Notes: a model not told the origin generated them from the sequence alone. 64,000 nt of DNA from Candidatus Poribacteria bacterium (GCA_965205015.1 OZ242029.1:576001-640000), one strand, 5' to 3'. Counted from the stretch's first letter, positions 1 through 10,708 are shown. A program made the numbers and translations.

Positions 1-1
1 G

Positions 2-1231
2 AATCCGAAAACGGGTGAAGCTGAATTTTACGATCTCGGTTGCGACTTCAGTATCCTTGATGTCGTCACATCCACAGATTACGCAACGAAACTCAAATCG
101 CAGCCTATCGGTACCATTATCGAAGCAACCGACCCAGATGGCGATCGACTCATCGTTTGTGAGATAGAAAACGCATCGCGGGCGGAAACATTGGCGTCTC
201 TTGGCGTTGACTTCCTCGATCTCGGTGATGACCGACTTCTGACGATTTACACACCGAATCAAGCGTTTCTTATGCTGATGGACTTCTACGCCAAGCAACT
301 GAAAGCCTCCGGTCTTTGGGCGGATCATCCGCGGTTCATGATTAAGACAACACCCTCCGCGCTCGCTTGGGATCAGTGGGGTGATGCGAACAATGTGAAG
401 GTCATTAACGTTCCTGTCGGTTTCAAGGAGATTGCAGCAATTATGAAAAAGATTGAACGGCAGTTGGCTGATGCCCCAGAGGCACCCGTTGTTGTTCAAG
501 ATGTCTACGGCGAGACGATTTCACTCGGGGTCCAACCGCGACTGATTTTCGCAGGTGAAGAGAGCGGCGGAATGATTACCGGTCCTGAGGAACTCATCCA
601 GAGCCAAGGCGGTCGTACCGCGATTGCGATGCGTGAAAAGTCGGCAGGTGAATCCATGGTTTTGGTTACAGCACTCGCAGCACATTGCAAAGCCGCAAAT
701 GTTACGCTCTCTGACTATCTTGCCGCTGTCTTTGCGGAGAGCCAAATCACCGCAATGTATGACGTGAGAGAGGACATCACCTATTACAATGAATCTGAGC
801 CGAATCCTGAAAAACTCCAAGCAGCGAAGCGCGAAGGCGAGGCGAAACGCGATAAAAACGACCTGTTTTTCCTTGGTATCGCCATTGCCCTACGCGACGG
901 AAAAATAGATGTAGAACAAGCCCGTGCCCTCCTTTCAGATGCGCTGCCGAGTCTTAATTTCACAACGCTTGAGGATGTCAGATTTGTCGGCGACGGGAGT
1001 TATCTCAAGTTTCGTGATAAGTGTGTTGAGGTCCGAAAGTCCGGTACTGATGCGAAAACCAAAGCCTACGCCTCCGGTAGCAATAAGGAGGAGTGTCGGC
1101 AGTTCGCCAAAGCCTTCGGTGAGGCGAGCGGGGAATTAACCGAACTTTACACCGAACAAATAGGTCAAAATTACTTAGGGAATGTTGAAAATAGAGCACG
1201 ACAGATTTATGATGCCTTTCAGTCAGGTTAA
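2..1231 (+). CDS. Phosphoglucomutase/phosphomannomutase family protein (5' partial)
   Basis: Frame is open from position 2. It has the ATDPDGDRL metal-binding loop upstream of the ORF-track start, the GEESGG sugar-binding motif and the RKSGT phosphate-binding motif. Confidence 0.85.
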   Translation, partial: NPKTGEAEFYDLGCDFSILDVVTSTDYATKLKSQPIGTIIEATDPDGDRLIVCEIENASRAETLASLGVDFLDLGDDRLLTIYTPNQAFLMLMDFYAKQLKASGLWADHPRFMIKTTPSALAWDQWGDANNVKVINVPVGFKEIAAIMKKIERQLADAPEAPVVVQDVYGETISLGVQPRLIFAGEESGGMITGPEELIQSQGGRTAIAMREKSAGESMVLVTALAAHCKAANVTLSDYLAAVFAESQITAMYDVREDITYYNESEPNPEKLQAAKREGEAKRDKNDLFFLGIAIALRDGKIDVEQARALLSDALPSLNFTTLEDVRFVGDGSYLKFRDKCVEVRKSGTDAKTKAYASGSNKEECRQFAKAFGEASGELTELYTEQIGQNYLGNVENRARQIYDAFQSG

Positions 1232-1349
1232 TAGCAGTCAGCGATCAGAAAAATAACCCTTAGCAGTTGGCAATCAGCAGTTAGTAAGAGAATGTAACTT
1301 CACCAGAAACCTCTTTGCTGAAGGCTGAAAGCCGATGGCTGATGGCTAA
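1232..1349. repeat. Dispersed heptamer-array inverted repeat element
   Basis: Left arm CAGTCAG/CGATCAG/CAATCAG/CAGTTAG, right arm CTGAAGG/CTGAAAG/CCGATGG/CTGATGG. Similar elements near 2490, 11375, 35553, 36340 and 49780. Confidence 0.7.
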
Positions 1350-1366
1350 TCAAAAAGGAGATTACC

Positions 1367-2491
1367 ATGACAAGAACAAGTATCCCCCTTTTCGCAACGC
1401 TTATTGGTGTTGCTATCTTCTTTTCTCACGCAACAGTTTCCGATGCCGAGTGGACGATCCTGCGCGAAGACAACTTCGTCCGAGATGATGGAATTCACGC
1501 GAGGTTACAAGATGTCTATTTCAGGGATACCTTGAACGGTTTGGTCGTTGGAGATGACGGTTTAATATTGGTGACGACGGACGGTGGCAAAATCTGGGGC
1601 AAAATCGAAGTTGATATGCGTCCCCCCGGTGCCCAGCAAAGACAAGGTGGACGTCCGGGTGCTGGCGGTGGTCCCCCGGGTGGCGGTGGCGGTCCTCCAC
1701 CTGGTTTCGGTGGTGGTGGCGGTGGCGCACCGCTCTATAATATCTACTTTGTAGATGAAAACGTCGGATTTATCACGGGTGGTAGAGCGACTATTCTGAA
1801 AACCGAAGATGGCGGTAAAACTTGGGCACGGAAAATGGCGATGAGCGACACCCCAGGACGGGATGGAAGACCAGGACGCCTTCGCGCCAATCTGATGGGT
1901 ATCCAGATGATCAGCGAGACGACCGGTTTCATTGCTGGATCGGAGAATACAATTCTCAAAACAACCGATGGCGGTGAAACATGGATAGGCAGTTCCGAAC
2001 GAGCACGTGTCGGCGAAACCCGAAACAACCTTGAGAATATCTGGTTCGTCTCCCCAACAACCGGCTGGATTATCGGTTCATTCGGGACGCTCATGCATAC
2101 CACGGATGGCGGTGAAACCTGGGAGAAACGCAACCTTGCAAGCTTCGATGATAACCTGTTTGGTATCCATTTCCTTGATGAAAATACCGGTTGGATCTGC
2201 GGACAGGGGGGCTTAATCTTGCACACCACCGATGGGGGCAAAACCTGGAATAAGCAAAAAACTGAATCTTATGACGATCTCCACGATATTATTTTCGTTG
2301 ATGCCATGGTCGGTTGGGTAGTCGGGGGCTACAACACTATTTTACACACCACCGATGGGGGCAAAACTTGGAATAAGCCCACTGCATCGGTGAGTGGAAT
2401 TGATAGTTTTAAAGGCGTTTATGCAATCGATCAGAACAACTGTTGGACTGTCAACGATGGGGGTATCATCACAGGATACAAAGGGCAATAG
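1367..2491 (+). CDS. Secreted YCF48-like BNR/Asp-box beta-propeller protein with a Gly/Pro-rich insert
   Basis: Signal peptide, repeated xTxDGGxTW motifs, GGGGPPGGGGGPPPG insert, RBS AGGAG. Confidence 0.85.
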   Translation: MTRTSIPLFATLIGVAIFFSHATVSDAEWTILREDNFVRDDGIHARLQDVYFRDTLNGLVVGDDGLILVTTDGGKIWGKIEVDMRPPGAQQRQGGRPGAGGGPPGGGGGPPPGFGGGGGGAPLYNIYFVDENVGFITGGRATILKTEDGGKTWARKMAMSDTPGRDGRPGRLRANLMGIQMISETTGFIAGSENTILKTTDGGETWIGSSERARVGETRNNLENIWFVSPTTGWIIGSFGTLMHTTDGGETWEKRNLASFDDNLFGIHFLDENTGWICGQGGLILHTTDGGKTWNKQKTESYDDLHDIIFVDAMVGWVVGGYNTILHTTDGGKTWNKPTASVSGIDSFKGVYAIDQNNCWTVNDGGIITGYKGQ

Positions 2492-2650
2492 TTAATGGCT
2501 GTCAGCCATCGGTTTCCGTCAGCAAGAAACTGGACTGGAAGACTCTCGGATGGAAGGGGGAAGGGGGAAGATTGGGGAATATCCCTCCTTCCAGTCTTCC
2601 AGCCTTCCAATCACCAGCCTTCCGACCAAGTCCCATCTGTCGATAGCCAC
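2490..2650. repeat. Composite intergenic repeat (heptamer arm plus TTCCAGxC octamer inverted array)
   Basis: GCTGTCAGCCATCGG...GACTGGAAG...CTTCCAGTC TTCCAGCC TTCCAATC. Similar octamer array at 6405-6465. Confidence 0.6.
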
Positions 2651-2670
2651 ACGAACTGAAAGGACAGAAT

Positions 2671-3882
2671 ATGTCAGAACTCAGAAGTCATAAAGTCACA
2701 ATGCTCGGGACTGGGCTCATCGGAATGTTCTACACGATGACGCTCCACAATCAACGCGGGACAGACCGCGTCCACAACGTTTACTCTCGACGTGAAGAAC
2801 GTGCGACAGCGTTCGCCGAAGAGTGGACTATCCCTCACGCAACAACCGATCTATCAGAGGCGATCAATCATCCTGAAACGGATGTCGTCGTCATCGGATT
2901 ACCTAACAATTTGCATCTAAAGGCGGTTGAACTCGCTGCAGCAGCCGGCAAAGGTATTCTCTGTACGAAACCGCTTGGACGTACCGCTGAAGAGGCAAAA
3001 GCGATGTTGGACATCGTTGAAAACGCAGGCGTGTTTGGCGGTTATCTTGAAGACCTCGTCTATCCGCCCAAAACCCTCAAAGCGTTAGAATCCGTCCAAA
3101 ACGGGGCACTCGGTAAGATTCTATGGGTGCGTTCCCGTGAGACGCATCCCGGTCCGCACAGTGATTGGTTCTGGGATCTGGAACAAGCGGGCGGCGGTGC
3201 CATTGTTGACATGGGATGCCACTGCATCGAGATCATCCGAAACTTCGTCGGGAAAAACAACAGACCGCTTGAAGTGATGTGTTGGGCGGACACGCTCGTT
3301 CACCCGATTGATGCTGAAGATCACGGCATTGCACTCATCCGATTCGAGAGCGGGGCAATGGGGCAATTTGAGGTAGGCTGGGCATTTCGCGGGGGTATGG
3401 ATTTACGCGACGAAGTCTCCGGTAGCGAAGGGACTATCTGGCTCAACCATTGGCTCCGCACAGGCTATGAGATGTTCACGGCTGTTGGACAAGGTGGATA
3501 TGTCGCCGAGAAAGCGGAGAGTGACACCGGTTGGCTCTTCCCCGTTGGCGATGAGGTCGCGGAACTTGGCTATCGCGATATGTTCCTTGATATGTTCAAC
3601 GCGATTGACGAAGGACGTGAACCACTGGAAACCTTCTACGATGGCTACGTCGTAAACGCGATTATCGATGCCTGCTATAAATCCGCCAAATCCAAGCAGT
3701 GGGAAGCCGTTGAAATTCAGGATTGGCGAGGTACCACTGAAACCGCTGACGCACAAGCGAGTCAGCCGGGCACTGATGAGCGATATGCTCCGCTCAAGAG
3801 TGAACGGATGCCGGATGGCAGAATGAAACGCATCTTCAGGGATCGGGAAACGGGAGAAATTATTGAGAAGGTAGAGGATTAA
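2671..3882 (+). CDS. Gfo/Idh/MocA family oxidoreductase
   Basis: GTGLIG Rossmann start, CTKPL motif, [11 protein letters not shown] motif. Confidence 0.9.
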   Translation: MSELRSHKVTMLGTGLIGMFYTMTLHNQRGTDRVHNVYSRREERATAFAEEWTIPHATTDLSEAINHPETDVVVIGLPNNLHLKAVELAAAAGKGILCTKPLGRTAEEAKAMLDIVENAGVFGGYLEDLVYPPKTLKALESVQNGALGKILWVRSRETHPGPHSDWFWDLEQAGGGAIVDMGCHCIEIIRNFVGKNNRPLEVMCWADTLVHPIDAEDHGIALIRFESGAMGQFEVGWAFRGGMDLRDEVSGSEGTIWLNHWLRTGYEMFTAVGQGGYVAEKAESDTGWLFPVGDEVAELGYRDMFLDMFNAIDEGREPLETFYDGYVVNAIIDACYKSAKSKQWEAVEIQDWRGTTETADAQASQPGTDERYAPLKSERMPDGRMKRIFRDRETGEIIEKVED

Positions 3883-3975
3883 ACGGCGATCGTAGTTCGG
3901 TTTGCAGGAGCACGATTGAAGGTCACACGACTATTGTTTATGAACTGATCAGGTTAAACATAGGAGGGACTTCCG

Positions 3976-4734
3976 ATGAATCACATCCTAACAGCTATTG
4001 TCCTTGCTCTATGTCTTGGCGTAAGTTGTTTCGCTGCGTTTGAAGAAGACACTGTGCTGCTATACCTCTTTGATGAAGAGACAGCCGATGAAGCGATAGA
4101 CGCATCCGATTTTGAGAACCATGGGGAAGCCACCGATACTGAATGGACAAAGGACGGAAAAAATGGGGGTGCCATGGTGTTTGATGGCGCGAGCAGCGTC
4201 ATTGAGGTGCCGCATCACGAAAGTCTCTTTCCTGGAGGCGATGAACTAACGATCGAGGCGTGGTTCAAGCCGGCTTCATTTCCAGGTGGACACCCACCGA
4301 TTGCACGGAAAGGCTCTGTCCCTGAAAGCGGATGGGGCTTTGATACACCCGGCGGAAAGATTCGCGGATTCGTCTATACTGCTCCGGGGGACCCCGTTGT
4401 TGTACAAGGAACGACCCCGATGAAAGTAGACACATGGCATCACCTCGCCATGGTCTACGACGGGAAAGAAATCCGCATCTATCTGGACGGTGAACTGGAG
4501 GGAGAAGTCCCGCGAAAGGGAGACATCAACAAAAACGAAGCCTCGGTCTGGATCGGTAAGAAAGCAATTGAAAGTGTCTGGCTTGATGGAACGCTTGATG
4601 AACTCCGAATTCTCAACATCGCCATCACGCAAGAACAGATCCAAGCGGATATGGAAGGCATCGTGTTTGCCGTTGAAGTCACTGGGAAACTCACAACGAC
4701 ATGGGGACGGATTAAAACGCAAATCCGCCGTTAG
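3976..4734 (+). CDS. Secreted LamG-like jellyroll domain protein
   Basis: Signal peptide, TIEAW, WHHLAMVYDG..IYLDG, GTLDELRI, and C-terminal GKLTTTWGRIK tail. Confidence 0.85.
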   Translation: MNHILTAIVLALCLGVSCFAAFEEDTVLLYLFDEETADEAIDASDFENHGEATDTEWTKDGKNGGAMVFDGASSVIEVPHHESLFPGGDELTIEAWFKPASFPGGHPPIARKGSVPESGWGFDTPGGKIRGFVYTAPGDPVVVQGTTPMKVDTWHHLAMVYDGKEIRIYLDGELEGEVPRKGDINKNEASVWIGKKAIESVWLDGTLDELRILNIAITQEQIQADMEGIVFAVEVTGKLTTTWGRIKTQIRR

Positions 4735-4752
4735 CAGCGAAAGGGGATAACA

Positions 4753-5604
4753 ATGGATACAAGTTGGCTGGAATACTGTGCTACGGAAGAACAACTCAAG
4801 GCATTCAATGACGAGGGTTACCTTATTGTCGAAAACGCCATAAGTTCTGAAATGGTGGACGCGTTGGAGGTCGTCGCAGATCGGCTTGATGCAGAAGAAC
4901 GCGCCAAAACGGGTTTAGCACCGCACGAATTGTTGTCGAAGTTCCGCACCGTCATTGAAGACGATGTCCTGCTGGAGCTGCTTGATAACAAGAAGGTCTT
5001 TCCGCTGCTCTGGGACATTCTGGGATGGAACATCCAACTCTACATCTCGCACCTCATCATGTACCCGCCAGAACCTCCCGATAAGCCGCGGGTTCGTAAA
5101 GGGGCGCATTGGCATCAAGACGGCGGTAGACCCGTGCCGGAGATGGAGCGTCCACACCCGCGACTCTCCTTGAAAGTTAGCTACTGGTTGAGCGACGTTA
5201 CCCACCGCGACAACGGCGCGATGCGCATTGTCCCCTGTAGCCACAAACTCGACACCCGTCCACCCAACGGCGACAACGATCCTGATGCGGATCCGGAAGG
5301 TGCGATAGATCTGACCGTCGAGCGCGGGACGGCAGTTCTGTTTGATCGCCGGATGTGGCACTCCCGTGGCTGGAATTTTTCTGACGTAACTCGGAAAGTC
5401 TTGTTTATGGGTTATAGTTACCGTTGGTTGCGTGGCTTAGATTACAACCTCATGCCACCCGAAATCCTTGAGAAATGCGATCCGATTCGACGGCAGTTGC
5501 TGGGAGACGGTGTAGACATTAAAGGGTGGTGGCAGCCCACAGACGCAGACGTGCCTTTAAAGACATGGATTGCGGAGCATCGGGGAGAGGAATACGTGCA
5601 GTAG
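4753..5604 (+). CDS. Phytanoyl-CoA dioxygenase (PhyH) family protein
   Basis: F..EGYL start, WHQD and distal WH iron ligands, NGAMRIVPCSH. Confidence 0.9.
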   Translation: MDTSWLEYCATEEQLKAFNDEGYLIVENAISSEMVDALEVVADRLDAEERAKTGLAPHELLSKFRTVIEDDVLLELLDNKKVFPLLWDILGWNIQLYISHLIMYPPEPPDKPRVRKGAHWHQDGGRPVPEMERPHPRLSLKVSYWLSDVTHRDNGAMRIVPCSHKLDTRPPNGDNDPDADPEGAIDLTVERGTAVLFDRRMWHSRGWNFSDVTRKVLFMGYSYRWLRGLDYNLMPPEILEKCDPIRRQLLGDGVDIKGWWQPTDADVPLKTWIAEHRGEEYVQ

Positions 5605-5632
5605 TTGTTGAGGGATGCGTGTCGCTAAGCAG

Positions 5633-6361
5633 TTAGGTATCGTCATCGGATTTCTCCGACGGTATGCGTTTGGACGGATCATACGGGACATATTTGATGC
5701 CGTTGCGTTTATCTTCTTCCTCCAGTGCCTTCACATACGCAAAGAATTCATCCAGAGTTTTGAATTTCGCACTCAGTTCTGCTTTGATGCGATAGCATTC
5801 TTCAAGAATGGGATCCGTATATGTTTCAGGGTCAAACTCTGGATGTTTTTCAGGAACTTCTTTCATCTGAATGTCCTCCATTAATGCTATAGGTGTACAA
5901 ATGGCTATGGGTTGAAATCCAGCATTTCGGCAAACCTGATTGATACGTTCACGTTTGTGTTCATTTACAATATGCTTGTAGTTCCACGATACCAAATATT
6001 CAACGCTGTGTACCGTTGCGATAGCGATATGCTGGGCATCAAATACAGAACCCCATGGTAATGCCCCGGAATCAAGCAGTTTTTCCACAAGCATATCCAT
6101 ATCAGGTGAAACTTCCAATATCGTTAGCGAAGATACCACATCAAGTCGTTTTTGTGCTGCAGTTGCGTCGCCTTGCCTAATCTCGTCGCGAACTATCGGT
6201 GAAATGACAAACTCAAATCTGTCCGCATAGTCTTCCCACAACTGTCGACTTGCTTCTTGCCGGGCTGCTAAGATTGGATTGTTACTCGGTCTCGCAACCA
6301 AGTAACTAACAACTGTTGGTTCAATATAGACTCTTGGCTTTATCGTTGTATATTTTAGCAC
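5633..6361 (-). CDS. PIN-domain (VapC-like) toxin with fused C-terminal antitoxin-like module
   Basis: VYIEPTVVSY, DAQHIAIA, LVSWNYKHIVN and ICTP motifs. The C-terminal 77 aa resemble the stand-alone ORF 30413-30610. Confidence 0.8.
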   Translation of the reverse strand: MLKYTTIKPRVYIEPTVVSYLVARPSNNPILAARQEASRQLWEDYADRFEFVISPIVRDEIRQGDATAAQKRLDVVSSLTILEVSPDMDMLVEKLLDSGALPWGSVFDAQHIAIATVHSVEYLVSWNYKHIVNEHKRERINQVCRNAGFQPIAICTPIALMEDIQMKEVPEKHPEFDPETYTDPILEECYRIKAELSAKFKTLDEFFAYVKALEEEDKRNGIKYVPYDPSKRIPSEKSDDDT

Positions 6362-6478
6362 AAAATACTGCTTCTTTCAAATCAAACCGCTGGTATAGTG
6401 AAAGCATAGAAGGATGGCAGATTGTGAGGTAGTTGCTCTTCCATCCTTCCATCCTTCCAACCCAAACTTAAGACAGCA

Positions 6479-7546
6479 TCACGCTAACGAATCTTCTCCA
6501 TCAGTCAGCCATGCCAGATCGAACTTTGCGAACGACACCGTCTCGTAAGCCCTCTCCTCACCACGCTCATAGAGACAACAGATACGCATGTCCGAGGCAA
6601 TACAGAGATCGGAATACGCCGCGGGACCGGCGTGCAAGACCTTGCCACTACTCCAACTTTGACACTCATCGTAACTGATACGGATCGTCATCCGCTCACG
6701 GCTCGTGCTGGCAGGATTAGAGAACAAGATACGATTCTTGTCGTGTTGATTCGCATCCGTATAGCGCACCATACTCGCCTGACAGATCGGTTCAATCAGG
6801 TCATCCTCGTAACCGAATTCCGTGAATGTATCGCCATTGTCCCTACTCCTCGCGTATGCACGCCGCTTCGGGGCGACGTAGTTCCGACAGTTGAAATAGA
6901 GTCCACCGTCCACTGTCTCAACGACGACCGATTCATTCGTCCCCGGTTGCGCCTTGCCGCCGATCCGCCACGTCTCACCGTGATCGTCACTGACAATCAG
7001 GTGCGAGTAGCCGTATTGCGCGTAGTCCCGACTGTTTCCAAGCACATGGTCACATGGAATGACGAACCTGCCGTTTGCCAGTTGAATCCCGTGGCAGGGA
7101 CCCGTTGCATACCACGTCCAATCTTCGTTTTTCGTCGTAGTTGTGATCTCTCTCGGTTCTGACCAGGTTTCCCCGTCGTCGTTGCTGGAGGTCACCCAAA
7201 CGGTGCGGGGTGCTTCCCCAGCAACAATCTTTCCCTCCGCGCCGTCAGCGAGATTTTTACAGAAAAGCAGATAGATCGCTCCTGTGTCCCGATCAACCAC
7301 TGGAGCAGGATTGCCATCCGTATCGGTTCCTGTGGAGACAGCGACTTGCATCGGTTGCCAACTTTCGCCGTTGTCAAAACTCCGTTTCAGGACAATATCG
7401 ATGTCTCCCGAATCCCCGCCCCCTGTCCGCCTGCCCTCACAGAACGCCAATAACGTTCCCTTGTTCGATCGAACAAGTGCCGGAATCCGGAACGTATGGT
7501 ATCCCTCTGTTCCCGCCATATAAAGCGGACGCTCCGTTTTGTACAT
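6479..7546 (-). CDS. Exo-alpha-sialidase (GH33) family protein
   Basis: FRIP motif and Asp-boxes SFDNGESW, SNDDGETW, SDDHGETW, SRDNGDTF, SYDECQSW. Start placed at MYKTERP. Confidence 0.9.
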   Translation of the reverse strand: MYKTERPLYMAGTEGYHTFRIPALVRSNKGTLLAFCEGRRTGGGDSGDIDIVLKRSFDNGESWQPMQVAVSTGTDTDGNPAPVVDRDTGAIYLLFCKNLADGAEGKIVAGEAPRTVWVTSSNDDGETWSEPREITTTTKNEDWTWYATGPCHGIQLANGRFVIPCDHVLGNSRDYAQYGYSHLIVSDDHGETWRIGGKAQPGTNESVVVETVDGGLYFNCRNYVAPKRRAYARSRDNGDTFTEFGYEDDLIEPICQASMVRYTDANQHDKNRILFSNPASTSRERMTIRISYDECQSWSSGKVLHAGPAAYSDLCIASDMRICCLYERGEERAYETVSFAKFDLAWLTDGEDSLA

Positions 7547-7548
7547 GC

Positions 7549-8274
7549 CTACAAGCCTCCTCCGCTTTTTACCCGCGCCCATGCCGTTGTGAGCTTTCCG
7601 ATCGGTTGCACATCTGCCGGATCATCCATCACAAACTCATTGGGGTCCTTCTGATGATCTGAGAGTCGCACCCCATCGACGACACAATTCGTTGGGAATT
7701 TGGGATCGGGCGGAGAGGCGTTGTTAATCTCAAAGGTTTCAGCGAAAACGGTAGGCCCCTTTTTGAAGGGAGCTTCACCTTCCAGCTTGCCATCTAAGTA
7801 GAGTTTCAAGCCATTAGGTCCCCATGTTCCTGCCATGTGGTGATGCTCTCCGGTTCTCCAATCAAGCGCAGCACTATTGGCGTTATGCCATGACCCGGCG
7901 CTTTTAATCCGCATCTGTGCGATCCCGCCCGTGTTAAACTGCAGGAATATCGCATCGGTGCCACGTTTATAAGTCATAAACATAAAGAGCTCACCCTTGA
8001 CGTCGCTGGCATCGAGTCCCATCGTTACCCACAACTCAACAGTCCCCTCGTCGAGGTTGACGAACCGATCATCCACAGGGAAATGGATAACGTCGCCAAC
8101 GGCTTCGCTAACGAAACCGTTGCCAAATTTACCGGGTTTGAAGTTTCCACCATCAACGGTGCCGCCCTCTTTTTCAACTTCCGCCTTGCTCTCCAAGGCA
8201 GAAAAGAAGGTCTCCTCTGCTGTAGCCACAGCAGCACAAAGCAACGTGATTGCTAAAATACACAACGTTTTCAT
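7549..8274 (-). CDS. Secreted LamG-like jellyroll domain protein
   Basis: Signal peptide, GTVELW, HHMAGTW..LKLYLDG, and C-terminal GKLTTAWARVK tail. Confidence 0.8.
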   Translation of the reverse strand: MKTLCILAITLLCAAVATAEETFFSALESKAEVEKEGGTVDGGNFKPGKFGNGFVSEAVGDVIHFPVDDRFVNLDEGTVELWVTMGLDASDVKGELFMFMTYKRGTDAIFLQFNTGGIAQMRIKSAGSWHNANSAALDWRTGEHHHMAGTWGPNGLKLYLDGKLEGEAPFKKGPTVFAETFEINNASPPDPKFPTNCVVDGVRLSDHQKDPNEFVMDDPADVQPIGKLTTAWARVKSGGGL

Positions 8275-8310
8275 GAGATGTCCTCCTATTTATTAGGTTA
8301 GATTGTAATC

Positions 8311-8333
8311 TCGGGCTTACAAAGCCCTCCCAC
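8311..8333. repeat. REP-like palindrome
   Basis: TCGGGCTTACAAAGCCCTCCCAC, 21/23 identical to 52904-52926 inside smc. Confidence 0.55.
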
Positions 8334-8434
8334 ATGTCTGCTCCCTTTCCAATTTCCAATCCAATTAGGCTTTGAAATATCAAATTCAACAGTGAAACTT
8401 ACGAATCTATAAAAAATGATACCCTGTTCTTGAA

Positions 8435-9238
8435 TCACCCGCCATTTGGTTTTGTGGAAAGGGCATACACATAAGGCGAAGTCAATTGCTGGTTTGGCAC
8501 ACGAAGCCCCACCAAGAAATTACCAAGGACAATATCCGTCAGATTCACACACTTACAAAGCACTTCATGTCCCCATCTACCGATGACTGCTCGCCACGGC
8601 GAATAATCCACAACGCTCAATTTCAACGGACCCCCTGTATACCCAAACGCTGTGACCTGAAATCCTGTGTCTCGCAATGCCGCAGCGAGGTCAGTCGGCA
8701 AAATGACTTTGTGTGTCGCCAGAAGTTTCGGACTCGCAACGCGGGCGATCGGTGTATACATACCCCGCAGATTCGGCGTTACCGTGAGCATTGTTCCGCC
8801 CGGTTTGAGCAGACGATACATTTCCTCCAAGACCGCCTGCGGTGTACTAAAATGCTCAATCAATCCCATTGAGTAAACGAAGTCAAACATCGAGTCATGC
8901 CTTTTGGCAAATGCGAACAGATCTTCACAGAGAATTGTTCCCTGCGCGCCTGCAAGGGCAAGGTTCCGTTGTGCAAGTTGACACCCTAACTCTGAAAAAT
9001 CAACACCGTAAGCGTCACTTCCATACTTCTGAGCGAGGTAAGGGAGCCACAAGGAATCAGCGCATCCCAACTCAATGAGCGTCGGTTGTTTAAAACCCGA
9101 AAGTGCTTGATCAAACACCTTCGCGAGCTGACGGTTCGCCACATAAACCCACCGTAGGTGACGAATCTTATGCTGTTGACCGTCCCAAAGCGTCGTCCAA
9201 TAGGATTCATCCGTTAAAGGGGTAACGTGCGAATCCAT
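8435..9238 (-). CDS. Class I SAM-dependent methyltransferase
   Basis: IELGCA, GVDFS, FDFVYSMGLIEHF and LLKPGG motifs. Confidence 0.9.
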   Translation of the reverse strand: MDSHVTPLTDESYWTTLWDGQQHKIRHLRWVYVANRQLAKVFDQALSGFKQPTLIELGCADSLWLPYLAQKYGSDAYGVDFSELGCQLAQRNLALAGAQGTILCEDLFAFAKRHDSMFDFVYSMGLIEHFSTPQAVLEEMYRLLKPGGTMLTVTPNLRGMYTPIARVASPKLLATHKVILPTDLAAALRDTGFQVTAFGYTGGPLKLSVVDYSPWRAVIGRWGHEVLCKCVNLTDIVLGNFLVGLRVPNQQLTSPYVYALSTKPNGG

Positions 9239-9239
9239 A

Positions 9240-10700
9240 CTAACTCTCCTCCAAGCAAACGGCATCATGCTCTAAAATAGGGCATAGGTCACAGAGCCAG
9301 TCAGCACAATAATTTTTATGCAGACGGATGATCCCCTGCTCAATTTTAGCCGTCGGCTTCAGAAGACGCATCTGCTGCGTCTCTGTGAAAATCTGCTTAT
9401 CAATTTTACGGATAATCTGGTTGCCTGTTGACTTGGAACCAACACTATAAAGTCTTAGAATGCCTTCCTGCAATTTCTGACTATCCGCTTCGATTGCCCA
9501 AACATAGGCAACCGGTAAAATTTTATTGACGATGATGTCTATAGCCCGAGCCTTTCCAATCAGTCCTGCATTCTGAGTGCCGCCTGTGCCGAAGTTAGCG
9601 TGCTTTTTCCAGTAACCCGCGGGTTCAATCATCAGCAGATCCGTCAACTCTTTTTCGATAGATCGTAACAACTTTCGGGTGTCTGCAGTCGCTGCCTTTT
9701 CACATGTCGGCAGAAAATACATCATCAGACTGCCTTCGGAGCGATGGATTAACTGGCTTATCGCCGCAATACGTCGAGTCGGGGCGTTAAAAGGTCTCCC
9801 TGTGAAACTCCAGCGTGCTTCCGTCATGCGCGGGGGAAGTTCAGCATATTCTGACCCACGCCACAACGCTTCTAACGCGGTAATGCTCGGATCCTCTGTT
9901 GCTTCCGATGGGAGGGGTTTCTCCCTTTGCGAGGGTAAGAGTCCGGCAACTCCAAAAAGGATCGCTTGAATCTCCAGTTCAGATTTTTGATCCAAATCGG
10001 CGAACGGGACATGCTGCGCCAACTCTCTCAATGCCTTGCTGTTGCGTTCGTATCCCAACGCCTCCATGATCCCTTCATAGAGGAGTTGCTCGAAATCAAG
10101 ACGCGTTCTCAACAAACGCATCGACTCCGTCTTTTCCAAAAACCGTTCCCGTCCCAAAGATTCAAAAACACTTTTAAGGACTTCTATGTTCAGCTGCTTC
10201 CCCGTTACTCGGCAAAGTCCATCTGTCGTTGCTGCGTCTTGGGTATCGTCATGGAGATCGCCGGTATCTACGGCAACCCATTTCAGGAGTTCCAAGGTCG
10301 GAACGCGTTTGTTGTTCTGGAGCCGCGTTCGGAGATTAAAGTCGTCGTTAAAGAACACTGAATGTAAAATAACGCGATTATATCTGGAATTGAGGTGATG
10401 TTTATGGGCATACCACTCCGAAGATCGGACATGAATCTCAACATCGCCGACGTGGAGTTTTCCATCAATCTCAATCTCGGCGTGCATAAAGTCGGGTCCT
10501 TCGTTGTGATTCCAGACCCCAGGCTTTAGCACGCGAACCGCTCGTCTATCAATCGACGCCATATTGGTATCGAAAAAGCGTTGCTCATGCCACAATTTCT
10601 GAACGAATGCTTCATCGATCTTATCGAGGTCAGGATTATATGTCTCATCGATTTCCCTGAAGCGTTTAGAGAGGCGCCCGATCTCGGTTCTGTCATCCAT
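9240..10700 (-). CDS. DUF2851 family protein
   Basis: PG.WN..EGPDF, GDVEIH, W..H.H...YN.VILH motifs and C-terminal C..W.C..C. Confidence 0.85.
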   Translation of the reverse strand: MDDRTEIGRLSKRFREIDETYNPDLDKIDEAFVQKLWHEQRFFDTNMASIDRRAVRVLKPGVWNHNEGPDFMHAEIEIDGKLHVGDVEIHVRSSEWYAHKHHLNSRYNRVILHSVFFNDDFNLRTRLQNNKRVPTLELLKWVAVDTGDLHDDTQDAATTDGLCRVTGKQLNIEVLKSVFESLGRERFLEKTESMRLLRTRLDFEQLLYEGIMEALGYERNSKALRELAQHVPFADLDQKSELEIQAILFGVAGLLPSQREKPLPSEATEDPSITALEALWRGSEYAELPPRMTEARWSFTGRPFNAPTRRIAAISQLIHRSEGSLMMYFLPTCEKAATADTRKLLRSIEKELTDLLMIEPAGYWKKHANFGTGGTQNAGLIGKARAIDIIVNKILPVAYVWAIEADSQKLQEGILRLYSVGSKSTGNQIIRKIDKQIFTETQQMRLLKPTAKIEQGIIRLHKNYCADWLCDLCPILEHDAVCLEES

Positions 10701-10708
10701 ATTAGAAT

